Position numbers and translations under genes: made by a program
Notes under the pieces: model-generated
Told to the model about the DNA's origin: nothing
The model's input: only the letters and a program-made list of their open reading frames with translations
Database searches by the model: none
IMG/VR virus record: IMGVR_UViG_3300043434_000302
Span: 1 to 58,229 of that record
Direction: 5' to 3' (one strand)
DNA from: a virus
Taxonomy: Duplodnaviria > Caudoviricetes
Length of the DNA: 58,229 bases
Part shown: piece by piece, positions 42,801 to 52,615 of the stretch
How positions within the stretch are numbered: the first letter of the stretch is position 1
Layout: the number at the start of each line of letters is the position of its first letter

Positions 42801-45800
42801 CCGGCACGCCCATCCTGTCGCCGCAGAATAACTGGAACCTGCTCTATGCCAGCAGCCTTGAACGCAGCCATACGGTGACGGCCTTCATGACCCATCACGC
42901 GACGAGGCTGCTCCTTGCCCGAAGCCATGTAAGGTTCAGCGATCTCAAGGAACAGTGGCTGGTCTACTCGACGCAACTCATCAACATTCAATGTGCGAGC
43001 GCGAGTCTTTTCTGGATCCATCGTTGCGAGGAGATCACGCCCCTTGCTCGACAGGGTAAGACCAAGGAACTGATCTGGAGACATGAAGGTGATCCAAGCC
43101 TTAGTCTTGTTATCATCATCAGGATAGGACAGATCCTGCAGCAGTAGATCGGTACGCTCTGGTGTGTAGACCGCACGATTAGTTCGGCCAGAGTACTGGA
43201 CGTTACCAGCCTTGCTCGATTGAGCTGCTACGGCGTCATCGTACTGGTCGAAGTACTCGCCCTCGCCCTTCGTATAGAAATCGCTGCGTGCAGGATCATG
43301 GTACATGAAGACAACGTCTGGCTCTCCGTTGTTGAAGGCGGAGAACTCAGTCTTGTCCCAGTTATCTGAAGCTGCCTCATCGCTCCATTTGACTCTCGAT
43401 GCGACCTTAAAGCCAGCCGTCGAGTACAGGTAAGGCAGGACAGTGTCGTATGCGTCAAGTCGGCGAGCGCCTAACCAAACCGCCATGCGTGCGAGCGGGA
43501 TAGCAACACCCCTAGCTTCTGATGTCGGATGCTTGAACACCGACACAAGGTCATCGCCCTTAATAGCAAAGCCAGTGAGCCCATCCTCAGTGAGGAACAG
43601 GCGCATGTCGGCGTAATCTTTCTTATCGTAGACGTAGACTGCAGCACCAGCCTTATTGGCCTTCTGCGCTTCAGATATCAGTCGATGGTAAAGCTTGGCG
43701 GAAGCTTGTCCAGCAGTTAGTTCGAGGAACTTTGGAGCATCAACACCCGCCACAGCGAGTGCGTTCTTTACCTTTACTGAGTGGCTGTATGTAGCAACTA
43801 CAGGTGTGCGGCCCTCTATGCTCCGCGCAAGGTTTCCACCAGCTTTTCTGCTGACATGTTCGGATGGTCTTCCAGAAGTTGCTGACCCAGCGCCATCAAG
43901 AATGGGGAATTCTTTATTGAGTCTGGTAACGACTGAATCTTGGATGAAGCGTCTGGCGTCTCTGGGCGCGAATTCATTAGCGGCCCCAGATTGTCCGTTA
44001 GCGTTTTGATTGACGGCTCCTCCGCCCAGAACGCTTCCTGATCCTTGTCCCCGTCCCCCCTTGGGTTGAATGGCGGTACTGATTTGCCCATCTGTAAATC
44101 CTCTTTTCTTGGCAATGCGAACAAACTCGTCGTAGTAGCTGGTTTCGCCAGCACTACCCGCATCGTCTGCGCCCTTACCCTTTTCCCGTACACCAAACTT
44201 CTTAGACCACAGTCGCTTCTCTGGATACCAGAGAACGGCCTGAAGATCAGCATTCGTAATGTTAATACTATCGCCTTGCAAGATCTGCTGCGACTTAGCA
44301 ACAATATCCCGTATCCAAGTGCGCTGCCAATCAGCCTTCGGTGCATCCTTTGTGTCTTCAAAGCTGGCAAGAAGGCGCTGTGCAGCAAGCGCGGTCTCTG
44401 GCTTAACCTTCTCTCCGCTGTCATAGGCGGCGCGGTTAACCTTAAAGTCCTTCTCGAAGGCCTTGGACTCAGCCTGCGCAACCTCAAGCAGCTCTGGTCC
44501 ATATGCGTTTGTCGGACGACCATCATCAGCCAGCGCTTTAGTAAGACGCTCTTCCTGCTGCTGAATAAGCTCAGGATCCGCACCAATAAGGTCACCAGTC
44601 ATGCGGCCCCACGTCCGCATAAACCACATGTCGATGGTTACGGGATCGTAGCGACCATTGAGGTTTGAGTAGAAGCCAAAGCCAATCTTTGGGCCAAGCA
44701 CTGCGCTGCCGTAGACCATCTCTTCGGATGCGCCAGACACATTGCTAAAGCCAGCGGCTCGCAGCTCGCGGACTGTGAACTTGGTGGCAAAGAACTTCGA
44801 GACTGCCTCAGCGCCATACTTTTCAACGATTGAGTTGAAGAGTTTCGCGTTGGAGATAATCGAGGATGCGGCCTTGCCCCAACCTTCGTTCTCAGGGAAC
44901 TTACCATTCTTCTTATAGTGCTCGTACCAGCGCTCAGCAAACACAGCATTGGCATCGACAGATTGATTCTGCGAAGTAATAGCAAGAGCTGCAGTAAAGT
45001 GCAGTTGAGCGCCTACATCAGTAGCGATCTCAGGGTGGATCATGGAGGCGACGGCAGTGGCTTTGCGCATCTCCTCTGTGTACCAGCCAGAAGCGTTTCG
45101 CTTGCCAGAACGAGCCAGCTCAGACTTAACTTCATGGGCTACGGTTTGCGCAAGAAGGTCATCCTTTTGACCGGCTGCAGTAATAGGCCGCCCAAGAATA
45201 GAAAGCGTGCGTTTTTGGATTTCAATCGCAGCTTCAGTGACACCCATCGTCCCTTGCTTAACGTCTGGCTGGGCGAACAGTTCGTCAGCAGAAAGCTTTG
45301 ATGCCTTAATGTTCTTTTTGAACTCGCCTGTGGCGCTGTCTTTCTTGCGCCCAGAGTACTGGATCTGCTGTTCGTCATCTCTGAGCGGAGCAGCCTCAGT
45401 CATGTTCTCCTGAGCCTTGCCGGTGCGGTAGCCCTCAAAGATTTCGGCGACAGACTCAACGCCATTGATGCGGAAGATGTTGCGGAAGCCGCGAAGCATG
45501 TCGCTGATGAAGTCGACAACGCGAATGAAGCTGGCCTTTAGCCCCTTCATGTCAACGCCACGGTCTTTAGCGTCTACGAGAGCACCAAAGGCTACGGCCT
45601 GAGCCTCGAAGCGAGACAGTGGTGTGTCGCCCAAGCTGGCAATGAGGCCGTCATATACACTGCCTTCGCCATCCGTCGTCAGCGTCTTCAGCTTGCGCAG
45701 GATGCTTGGGTCGAGATCGTCAATCCGCATATCGTCGCGGAACGAATTATTAAGAAGCTTGAATGCGTCTGGATCGTAGGCGCGTAGCATGTCCTGAATA

Positions 45801-48800
45801 ACGTGGAACGCCTCATGCGCAGCGTTTTCTCTGGATGCGCCCGTTACGTTATCGCTTAGGGAAAGGGTGATCAGGCCACGGAATCCATTAGGGCTAATCT
45901 TATAGGCGTCATACGAACCACCGGCTTCTTCGCCAAGATCTACACCACTTGCTGCCGCAGCTTTTGCATCACTTGCCGTTATGCTTGGAACAAAAAGGAT
46001 ATCTACCTTTGCGTTTTTTGGCAGAACGCGAGATACAACTTCGCCCATCTGGAAGGCGTAGTAGAGCTGCGTTACATCGTAGTTGTTTTGCTTCAGTAAT
46101 GAACGAAGACGGCTGGCAACGACTTTGCCTTGCGCCCCGCGAGCAGCAATCTTGTCGAGCCTGTCTTGAATGACGGCGTCATAATCTATGTCTGGCTTAG
46201 ACACCTCTTCGCTATCAGCGGTCTTGTCCTTGCTTAGCGGGGTGTCGCGAACAACGTCACTGGCCTTCTTGCGTGGAGCACGGACAGTTTCGCGACGGCC
46301 AGAGTAGCGTGTACCGCCATCATCCCGCTTAGTGTTGAGCTGGCTGATGAGCTCTGGGCCAATATCCTCAGCTCCCATGTCCTTGTCCTTGGACATGCGC
46401 TTGATCTCAGCAAGGTCTGCGTCGTCGATAAGACCTTCTTTATGAACCTTGGTGGCGTAGCGAACAACACCGTTGCGGTCGTCGTTAAGGATCTTGTCTT
46501 CGATACTTTCGACGTGCTTTTCAACCTTGCCGCCATCATCTTGGACAGGCTTCTTCGGCGCAGGTTCTTGGTCAGCTTCGGCTGGCGCTGCTTCTTCGGC
46601 AGGGGCTTCTTCGGTAGGAGCTGTTTCCTCAGCAGGTGCGGTCTGGACTTCCGGTGCCTGCAGTCGAGGCGTGGCAGGAGGACCACTGATTTCGTTTGGA
46701 CCCTCTACATTGCCCTCTACGTTTGGCGCACGCTCTTGCTGTGGATTAACCTGCGCGTTCTGCGCCTGTTGTTCCACCGGCAACTGGTCGGTGTTTGCCT
46801 CAAAGCCCGTCATGCGGGTAGGCGAGATCGTGGTAGGCAGTCCTGCGTCCTGTGTAGGCACCAGAGCTCGCGTACTAGTGCGATCTACTGACTGACGCGG
46901 GTTGAGGTCTGTACCTGTACCCTTGCGTGGCTTGCGCAGATCTCCAGCAAGCTCTTGCGACATGCGCGGCGTGCCACGAACGACGCGATCAAACATTGCG
47001 TTCGGATCAACATCCTCTGAGATAATGACAGGAGTACCGTTGCCATCTACTTCTGTGGGTGACTCGTACTGAATGCGAACCTTGCCACCTTCTGCGCCAA
47101 CAATGGTTGCAGCAATGCCGCCAAGATCCTCGCCGTAGACGGCTGGGTTGAGGAAGAACTGGCTCTCTGGTTCCGGAGCACCTGCACGCAGATCTTCGCG
47201 CTGTGTGAGCTCGCCTGTGGCTGTGTCAAATCGGCGTTGACGAACGTCCGCCAAGCGGAATGCTTGCTGAGCCTCACGTTCCCGCTGAGCTTCATTGGTC
47301 ACATCTTCTTGTGACATGACAACACTGCCTTCACCGCCTCGTTCTGGGCGTGCAAAAAGAGTGCCGGTCTGAGCAGTTGGTTGATAGTTGCTGACGGCGT
47401 TACGCAGGCCGCTGACGAACTGCTTGCCGGTCGACTCTAACGACTTTGCGATGGATGAGAGGGTTGGGCTTTCAGCAATGACGGCTGGGTTAATCTTTGC
47501 CAGCTCGTCGCCAATCATCTGCTTTGAAGTGCTGACAGAGTTGGTGCCGCCAAACATTCCAGAGATACGACGAACGGCTTCAGGCTCGACTCGAGATGCC
47601 TCTTCCTGATTAAGGATGCGAGCAACCTGCTCGACCTTCGTCACGTCGCTCACCGGCTGCGACATGATGTCGGCAATGCGCGGGTTCGACTCGTTGTTAC
47701 GAGCAATATCAAGGATCTGCTCTGGCGTGTAATTCATGCCGCCACCACCGCCGCCGCCTTCACGAGGTGGTGTTGCTTCGCCTCGAGCGGAGAGTGCTGA
47801 GACCAGCTCTTCATCTTCCATTGGTCGTGGCTGGTCGTCAGGAGCATTTCCAGTCAGTCGATTAACAGCGCTCGCACCAGCGCCGATACCACCACCCATT
47901 AATCCGCCAACAATTGCGCCTTCGCCAGCAGCTTTAGCAACGCCTTCTAATGTACCTACATTAGAGCCAACACGCTGCATTGAGACGTTGTTGATGAGCT
48001 GCTCAGATCCTGACTGTGGAGCTTCTTGAGCGGACTCCGCAGCGGTACCTATGCCAAGTTCTTTTAGTGTGCCTCGCCCAGCACTGCCACTTAAAATTCG
48101 AGCCTCAAACACAGAGGCGGGAATCGACATCAGGGCAGTGGTGGCTCCAGTGCTTAGTGCAGCGGCGCGACCCACTTGATTTGCTGCTGCATTCTTTGCC
48201 GCCTCAAAGTCGCCATTGTTTTCAGCAAGAAGCTTTTTACCTAAAGTGCTTTGAGCAAATGCCTCTGGATCGCTATTGATCTGCTCGAGGGCTTGGGCAG
48301 TAACATCTGAACCTGCACTCAAGCCAGCCTGCGTACCTTCTACACCCATGCCAGCAACCGTCATGATTGCTCGTTTACCGACAACTTGAGCCGCCTCTCG
48401 ACCACCCATAGCCGCAGTCGCACCAAACAACTTTGCCAAGCGCGGCGTTTGCGAAATGATCTTTGCGCCAATTGCAGCGACAGCCGCTTCTGGAGCCAAG
48501 GCACCTACTGCTGCAGTTGCAATAGCCCCGCCTACAAGCTCAGGAATTGACTCTGCTACGCCAAGCATGGCGGCGTATGCACGCTGACCAAGGCCCATGT
48601 CCTTGCCAAGAACGCCTTTTTCACGAGCCTCGCGACCGTAGTCAGTCATTTCTGCACTGGCTATTTTCTGGGTGCGGCGAGCTTGATTCTGGAGCCTTGC
48701 GTTTCCAGTTGCGTACCCAATGCGCTTGTCAATATTTGCCATACGAGATGACATGGCGCTGCCAATGTCGCCAAGAAAGCTTTCGTTTTTACCACTTGCT

Positions 48801-49147
48801 GCCTTTGCAACAAGCCGATCCCTATTCAACTGCAAAACTCGCAACTGCTGATCGCGAGTCCCAGCCATGCCTGTCTGCCTCGATGCTCGCAGACCGGCCT
48901 CGTTGTTTGGAAGTGACTTTAGCAAGTTGATCTTCTGGTCAACTTGGGCAATTTCTTGGTTCAACAAATTGGAAAGATTGCTGTTACCTGATGGGCGGTT
49001 TCTGACCTGTGCCTGTGAACTTGCCTGCCCAGTACGCTGAGACACTGGCTGCGCTCTTTGTGCTGGTGGTGGTGTGTCTTTTACCTGATCCCACTGGATG
49101 CTCTGCGCCCAAAGTTGCGCACTTCTCTCATAATTCTTTTCAGCCAT
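39842..49147 (-). CDS. giant polyvalent internal virion/ejection protein (3101 aa)
   Basis: HEAFH zincin motif, GPK...VTIDMW segment, GNAT-like segment, ParB-like EGRHR and LPD38-like C-terminus; last gene of the late operon. Confidence 0.85.
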   Translation of the reverse strand: MAEKNYERSAQLWAQSIQWDQVKDTPPPAQRAQPVSQRTGQASSQAQVRNRPSGNSNLSNLLNQEIAQVDQKINLLKSLPNNEAGLRASRQTGMAGTRDQQLRVLQLNRDRLVAKAASGKNESFLGDIGSAMSSRMANIDKRIGYATGNARLQNQARRTQKIASAEMTDYGREAREKGVLGKDMGLGQRAYAAMLGVAESIPELVGGAIATAAVGALAPEAAVAAIGAKIISQTPRLAKLFGATAAMGGREAAQVVGKRAIMTVAGMGVEGTQAGLSAGSDVTAQALEQINSDPEAFAQSTLGKKLLAENNGDFEAAKNAAANQVGRAAALSTGATTALMSIPASVFEARILSGSAGRGTLKELGIGTAAESAQEAPQSGSEQLINNVSMQRVGSNVGTLEGVAKAAGEGAIVGGLMGGGIGAGASAVNRLTGNAPDDQPRPMEDEELVSALSARGEATPPREGGGGGGGMNYTPEQILDIARNNESNPRIADIMSQPVSDVTKVEQVARILNQEEASRVEPEAVRRISGMFGGTNSVSTSKQMIGDELAKINPAVIAESPTLSSIAKSLESTGKQFVSGLRNAVSNYQPTAQTGTLFARPERGGEGSVVMSQEDVTNEAQREREAQQAFRLADVRQRRFDTATGELTQREDLRAGAPEPESQFFLNPAVYGEDLGGIAATIVGAEGGKVRIQYESPTEVDGNGTPVIISEDVDPNAMFDRVVRGTPRMSQELAGDLRKPRKGTGTDLNPRQSVDRTSTRALVPTQDAGLPTTISPTRMTGFEANTDQLPVEQQAQNAQVNPQQERAPNVEGNVEGPNEISGPPATPRLQAPEVQTAPAEETAPTEEAPAEEAAPAEADQEPAPKKPVQDDGGKVEKHVESIEDKILNDDRNGVVRYATKVHKEGLIDDADLAEIKRMSKDKDMGAEDIGPELISQLNTKRDDGGTRYSGRRETVRAPRKKASDVVRDTPLSKDKTADSEEVSKPDIDYDAVIQDRLDKIAARGAQGKVVASRLRSLLKQNNYDVTQLYYAFQMGEVVSRVLPKNAKVDILFVPSITASDAKAAAASGVDLGEEAGGSYDAYKISPNGFRGLITLSLSDNVTGASRENAAHEAFHVIQDMLRAYDPDAFKLLNNSFRDDMRIDDLDPSILRKLKTLTTDGEGSVYDGLIASLGDTPLSRFEAQAVAFGALVDAKDRGVDMKGLKASFIRVVDFISDMLRGFRNIFRINGVESVAEIFEGYRTGKAQENMTEAAPLRDDEQQIQYSGRKKDSATGEFKKNIKASKLSADELFAQPDVKQGTMGVTEAAIEIQKRTLSILGRPITAAGQKDDLLAQTVAHEVKSELARSGKRNASGWYTEEMRKATAVASMIHPEIATDVGAQLHFTAALAITSQNQSVDANAVFAERWYEHYKKNGKFPENEGWGKAASSIISNAKLFNSIVEKYGAEAVSKFFATKFTVRELRAAGFSNVSGASEEMVYGSAVLGPKIGFGFYSNLNGRYDPVTIDMWFMRTWGRMTGDLIGADPELIQQQEERLTKALADDGRPTNAYGPELLEVAQAESKAFEKDFKVNRAAYDSGEKVKPETALAAQRLLASFEDTKDAPKADWQRTWIRDIVAKSQQILQGDSINITNADLQAVLWYPEKRLWSKKFGVREKGKGADDAGSAGETSYYDEFVRIAKKRGFTDGQISTAIQPKGGRGQGSGSVLGGGAVNQNANGQSGAANEFAPRDARRFIQDSVVTRLNKEFPILDGAGSATSGRPSEHVSRKAGGNLARSIEGRTPVVATYSHSVKVKNALAVAGVDAPKFLELTAGQASAKLYHRLISEAQKANKAGAAVYVYDKKDYADMRLFLTEDGLTGFAIKGDDLVSVFKHPTSEARGVAIPLARMAVWLGARRLDAYDTVLPYLYSTAGFKVASRVKWSDEAASDNWDKTEFSAFNNGEPDVVFMYHDPARSDFYTKGEGEYFDQYDDAVAAQSSKAGNVQYSGRTNRAVYTPERTDLLLQDLSYPDDDNKTKAWITFMSPDQFLGLTLSSKGRDLLATMDPEKTRARTLNVDELRRVDQPLFLEIAEPYMASGKEQPRRVMGHEGRHRMAAFKAAGIEQVPVILRRQDGRAGQLEDLNNFTLAPQRGGRSDQYNSGDTNTVLSEAVPFNYANAGRIREMMSGEGIRFSGVRRPANLNIGGKATKPSIRPNAPKFKTGPAVLGVDPMAERFPRLVNWYEKLVNRTRSVKQLTKNIDDFYNDKTNIDRAEQLMGSRAAYTTQEFHLNELQPVLKEISKQALSINEVETYMHNRHAVERNAIIRQRNDAFKDGGSGINDAAAKAYLAALSPAKRNRLETVAKKLDVITNGTLQVLQDSGIESAETVRNLRNAYKFYVPLFREGVDGGHALGTRGASVEGSALKAAVGSSKPVSSIIANIVTQREAAINRAEANRLGNTVFQAALENKDQTFWMVIDPSTATLDQVRKQLVSMGMDPDLADDIFKSPTKRAYNKRTGNVDTIVDTAFKRQPNVFATRVDGTDKFIVFNPDEKMATDIAAVLKNEDLPTLEGASAAFINNVGRITRMWSQLRTQYMPEFGPVNFTRDIWGVMVNLTSTPLDGEQFKIMAKAPLYAKKLVRVIRATDSGEPTPAGSQEVADLFDRFEKAGGRTAIRESFFKNFDRDPEKLEAELQKAVKQLSTGKTSAPKVVVDYVTAWNDALENATRLATFKIAIDKGMTDAQAAEIAKNITVNFNQKGQWTREINSLYGFANASIASTDRNIKTMLGKAGKKILIGGVGLGVIQGLALAAAGYDEDDIPEWVKDHAFIIPLGLFADTDKYVAIPMPYFYNMFPAIGRRMVEAARGQLSFGQFVGGSAKVMINSVNPIAYGAGFIEFVSPSVFDMFVQYAMNEDGLGRRIYNKDFNDLNPTTGMSRARGDTTVMYAMYSRAAEVINYVTGGDEYEVGGMSPTPEEIKFFVEQVLPPMQFLYRSTATLEKGSSGEQIEANDIAFVRRFYGEVGGKTSEGGKFYDNVKAVNELKKTVKLREENDQDTTEVFDENPKAELIDSVGSYYRDVSDLRRERRKMILEGAKPSETQKLDDEITAIMTEFNDLIEEAEKR

Positions 49148-49174
49148 TTGTGTACTTTCTTAGAGAGAAGCGAA

Positions 49175-50353
49175 TTAATACCGGCTCTGTTCCTGACGAG
49201 CCAAGCCCTTTAACAAAAACTCTGTTATGTAGCGAGGGTCATTTTCAGTGAGTGCGGCATAAGTATTTGCCAGCTTTTGATAATCTGCCGTATTAACATC
49301 TCCGCCTCTTACCTTCACTGTGTCTTTGCCCTGCAACTTCATGTTCTTCATTCGCTGCTCAACAAAACTTATTTCACTTTCAATGATCTCTCTCGCCTGC
49401 ACTGGCTGAGATGCAATGAACTGCTTTGCTATGTCGGCCTTTGCCTCATTGCTGTTTGCAATCTGATTGAATACGCTGGCGTAACCAGAGCCCTTGCCCA
49501 AAAACGTATCAACGTCTTGCCTGCCGGTATATGTTTCTTTCTTTCCCGTTTTAGCGTTAACGCCGCTGAAGGTAATGATAAATTCATTCTTGTTCTTGGG
49601 GTTAATGTCCATGCCAACAACCGTTGAGTTTTTATAACCCTTTTTCTGCTCAGTTTTCTGAATGCTGAGCCCTGCATAAGGAAGTATTTTTCTAAGAACC
49701 TTCGGGTCTTTGCGCCATTCACCAAATGGATCTTGAAGAGCTCTGGCAAAGTCTGGTGCGCCGATAACTAGGGCGGCCTCTTGTGCCTGCCTTCTTCCAA
49801 TGAGAGCAGTTACTGAAGGTGGGGCAACTTCACCACGCGCTCTTTTTGCAGCGTAAATCATGAAGGCTTGGTTCTCTCTGCTGAGTCCACCACCACTGCC
49901 ATCGCTACCACCACCACGATTAGAGCGGTTATAAGCGCCCGTCTGCGCCTGTATTTGCCCAATCTGCGCCCCCTTGTACCGTAGGTCCATCTGCTTGTCG
50001 CGTTCTGCGTACTTCGCATTAATGGTCGCGACTTCGGAAGTACTTTTTGCTGTCGACAGCTCGAGTGCTTGCATTTGTTGCCTATACTCGACTTGTGCTG
50101 GGCTCCAATACTCTTCATTCACCCTCAGCGTATTTGCGCCGATCTTCATTTGCTGGCTGTGCTCGTCTGTTCGCATGCCAAGCTCTTTCTCGCGCATGCC
50201 AAGCTCTACATCGAGCCGCTTGTCAGCCTTCTCGCGAAGCTGACGGCTGAATGCCATCTCTTCTTCGTCCCGCGCTTCATCGCGATACGACTTCATAATG
50301 CCAAGGCCTTGGCCTAGAGCGTTTGAGAATGATTGTGCTGGATCAATTGCCAT
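49175..50353 (-). CDS. internal virion (ejection) protein
   Basis: 392 aa, helical; precedes the giant protein. Confidence 0.6.
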   Translation of the reverse strand: MAIDPAQSFSNALGQGLGIMKSYRDEARDEEEMAFSRQLREKADKRLDVELGMREKELGMRTDEHSQQMKIGANTLRVNEEYWSPAQVEYRQQMQALELSTAKSTSEVATINAKYAERDKQMDLRYKGAQIGQIQAQTGAYNRSNRGGGSDGSGGGLSRENQAFMIYAAKRARGEVAPPSVTALIGRRQAQEAALVIGAPDFARALQDPFGEWRKDPKVLRKILPYAGLSIQKTEQKKGYKNSTVVGMDINPKNKNEFIITFSGVNAKTGKKETYTGRQDVDTFLGKGSGYASVFNQIANSNEAKADIAKQFIASQPVQAREIIESEISFVEQRMKNMKLQGKDTVKVRGGDVNTADYQKLANTYAALTENDPRYITEFLLKGLARQEQSRY

Positions 50354-50364
50354 GAACTAATGCC

Positions 50365-50880
50365 TTAAAAGATGTCGAACACTGAGTCGAGAAGTAACGC
50401 TGCGCCAGCACCAATAAGAAGAGGCGTTGCGATTGCTCCAATACCAGCTAGTGCTCCGGTTGATGGTGCTGCGGTTACTGCTAGCTCTGGCGCGACGGTG
50501 GCAGCAATTTCTGGTGCGACGGTGGCAGCAATCTCTGGTGCAGCAGTTGCGACAACTTCCGGTGCAACAGTTGCGACTACTTCCGGTGCAACAGTTGTAG
50601 CGGCTTCCTGTGCAGCCAGCTTACTTATTCCATCAATGCCAATCCTTTGACCGAAGCTCTCAATACCTTTTTGAGTAGCAGCGTTAGCCATATAGTTGTT
50701 CACACCAATGGATCCGCCAAGACCTGCGCCGGTAGTCACCATGCTTGAGCGCTGTGCAGCTCGTGCTGCATCAAGCTGCTGCTGTGCGGCATTACGGTTT
50801 GCTTCTAGGCCTGCGCTCTGCTGAAAGCCAACAGACGCCTGCCCAAGAGTGTTACGGCCTACGCCAATAAGACCAGCCAT
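50365..50880 (-). CDS. small Ala/Gly-rich internal virion protein with 8-aa repeats
   Basis: (A/V)T(V/A)APE repeats; hydrophobic C-terminus. Confidence 0.6.
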   Translation of the reverse strand: MAGLIGVGRNTLGQASVGFQQSAGLEANRNAAQQQLDAARAAQRSSMVTTGAGLGGSIGVNNYMANAATQKGIESFGQRIGIDGISKLAAQEAATTVAPEVVATVAPEVVATAAPEIAATVAPEIAATVAPELAVTAAPSTGALAGIGAIATPLLIGAGAALLLDSVFDIF

Positions 50881-51596
50881 TATTGACCTCCTCCTGCGGG
50901 TTGCCCTGATCCAGACATAAGTGAAAGAGCACGCTCTTCATCTGCCATACGGGCTTGGTTCATTGCGGCTACTCGACCGCCAGTAATATCGTTCGAGTTT
51001 GCAATAGATGGTCCGCTGTATTGAAGTCCGTAGCGACCCATTGAACGCTGTTGCTGACCCTGCATGTTTACGCCTGCGTTCGTCACTGACTGGTTTGCTC
51101 GAGCAACGTCAAAGCCAAGATCTCTGGTATTGCGACCATCAATTTGTCCAACAAGATAATCTTCTACGGGAGCAAATCGGTTCAGGTAATCCTGATACTG
51201 AGCTCGCGTAACGGCAGCGCTTAGGTTTGAAGCACCCTCTTTTTTATCCATTAAATAGTTGGATGGATCGATGTTTCCGTATGCGCTGCTTGTTGGGTTG
51301 TAACTTACGTTACCTCCATACAAGCCACCACCTGCACCAGTAGTGATTGTGTTTGGATCAGCCGCAGTAAAATTAGTGATTGGATAAGTGAACTCCGTTC
51401 CCAAGCCAAGCGGTAGCCTGCGCTGGGTGAATACATTATTTGATGGTTGAGTGGCAGGTGAGGTGCTCATCGTAGCTGGAGCAGCCTGCTTTGACGCAAC
51501 GCTGTAATCGTTTAATTCCGAAAACGCAGTACGAAACTGTTGCGGGACTTGATCTTCACCGCCCATGATCGTTGCAAGGTTGTCAAAAAAGCTCAT
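50880..51596 (-). CDS. putative internal virion protein
   Basis: TRAQYQDY..RF.P.E motif; late-operon context. Confidence 0.6.
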   Translation of the reverse strand: MSFFDNLATIMGGEDQVPQQFRTAFSELNDYSVASKQAAPATMSTSPATQPSNNVFTQRRLPLGLGTEFTYPITNFTAADPNTITTGAGGGLYGGNVSYNPTSSAYGNIDPSNYLMDKKEGASNLSAAVTRAQYQDYLNRFAPVEDYLVGQIDGRNTRDLGFDVARANQSVTNAGVNMQGQQQRSMGRYGLQYSGPSIANSNDITGGRVAAMNQARMADEERALSLMSGSGQPAGGGQ

Positions 51597-51599
51597 TTG

Positions 51600-52217
51600 T
51601 TATCCGCCCGTTGAACTAGTTGTGCCGCTGAAGGTCGGCGAAGGAGACCGTGGCCTCTGGAGTCTGCTGTCTACAGCAGGTGCAGCAGCGTAGCCAAGGC
51701 CAGCCGATACACCAGAGCGGATTGCACTGCTTTTATTAAACGCAGACTCTGCTGAGGCAGTAGCTCTTTCCTGCGACTGACGAGCAAGCCCAGCCATACC
51801 TTCAATTGCATCGGCTGACTGACCCTGACCAATCGCCATCACGCCACGCAGGCCTTGATAGAAGCGATCTGTGTTGGCGACCTTTGCGCCAGATACGCCG
51901 ACACCCTGCCCGACTGCTTGAGCACGCCGCAAAGCTGCACTGTTTTCTTGGAATGCGCCAGAGGATGGATCGACGCCCTGCTGGATCATCTGATCTGTAA
52001 GCTTATCCTGACCTGTCTGGAACTCTTTCTGGAACTGCGCAGCAGCATTGCCGCCAGCGGTTTCATAGTTCGACTGATTGCGAACATCGAAGACCTGCTG
52101 AATGTACTGGTCCTCAAGTGGAGCAAAGACTTCCCTATACCGATTGAACCGCTGTGCAGCGATTTCAGCTAGAGCTCTTTCTTGCTCTGTCTCGTCTACT
52201 TTGGAACCCTTACCCAT
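51600..52217 (-). CDS. putative internal virion protein
   Basis: MGKGS.V.ET.QE.ALAE.A; G.DPSSG; AIGQGQ motifs. Confidence 0.6.
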   Translation of the reverse strand: MGKGSKVDETEQERALAEIAAQRFNRYREVFAPLEDQYIQQVFDVRNQSNYETAGGNAAAQFQKEFQTGQDKLTDQMIQQGVDPSSGAFQENSAALRRAQAVGQGVGVSGAKVANTDRFYQGLRGVMAIGQGQSADAIEGMAGLARQSQERATASAESAFNKSSAIRSGVSAGLGYAAAPAVDSRLQRPRSPSPTFSGTTSSTGG

Positions 52218-52615
52218 TACAGTTTCTTCCTATACGTCGTGCAGACATTTTGGTAACCATGTTTTTCGGCTACTCTCTTGAATCCCGCACGCGGGGAAGA
52301 GAATTCGATATAGCCTGATTCCGCAGCTTTTGCTAGCTCTTCTAGCTCATGCTGGTGCAGGTCTATCGCATTACCCGTTTTACTGTACGCAACGTCAACA
52401 ACAAGCACAGTGCGGTCCAGATACGGATGTTTGTATTGGCTCAATACAACAAAACTCTCACTATCAAAAGAATGCATAAACAAAAATGCTTTTCCTGCCA
52501 AGAGCGCGTTATAAATATCTTCCGGCGTCCACTCAGCATCCGTCTTTTCTGCCACCTCGAGCAGCGCTGTGAGAATGAATTCCCTACATTCACGGACATC
52601 TATACTGCTCATCAT
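52217..52615 (-). CDS. GNAT-like protein of the ejection module
   Basis: WTPEDIY......F.S.R.GF.R.....GY pattern. Confidence 0.5.
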   Translation of the reverse strand: MMSSIDVRECREFILTALLEVAEKTDAEWTPEDIYNALLAGKAFLFMHSFDSESFVVLSQYKHPYLDRTVLVVDVAYSKTGNAIDLHQHELEELAKAAESGYIEFSSPRAGFKRVAEKHGYQNVCTTYRKKL

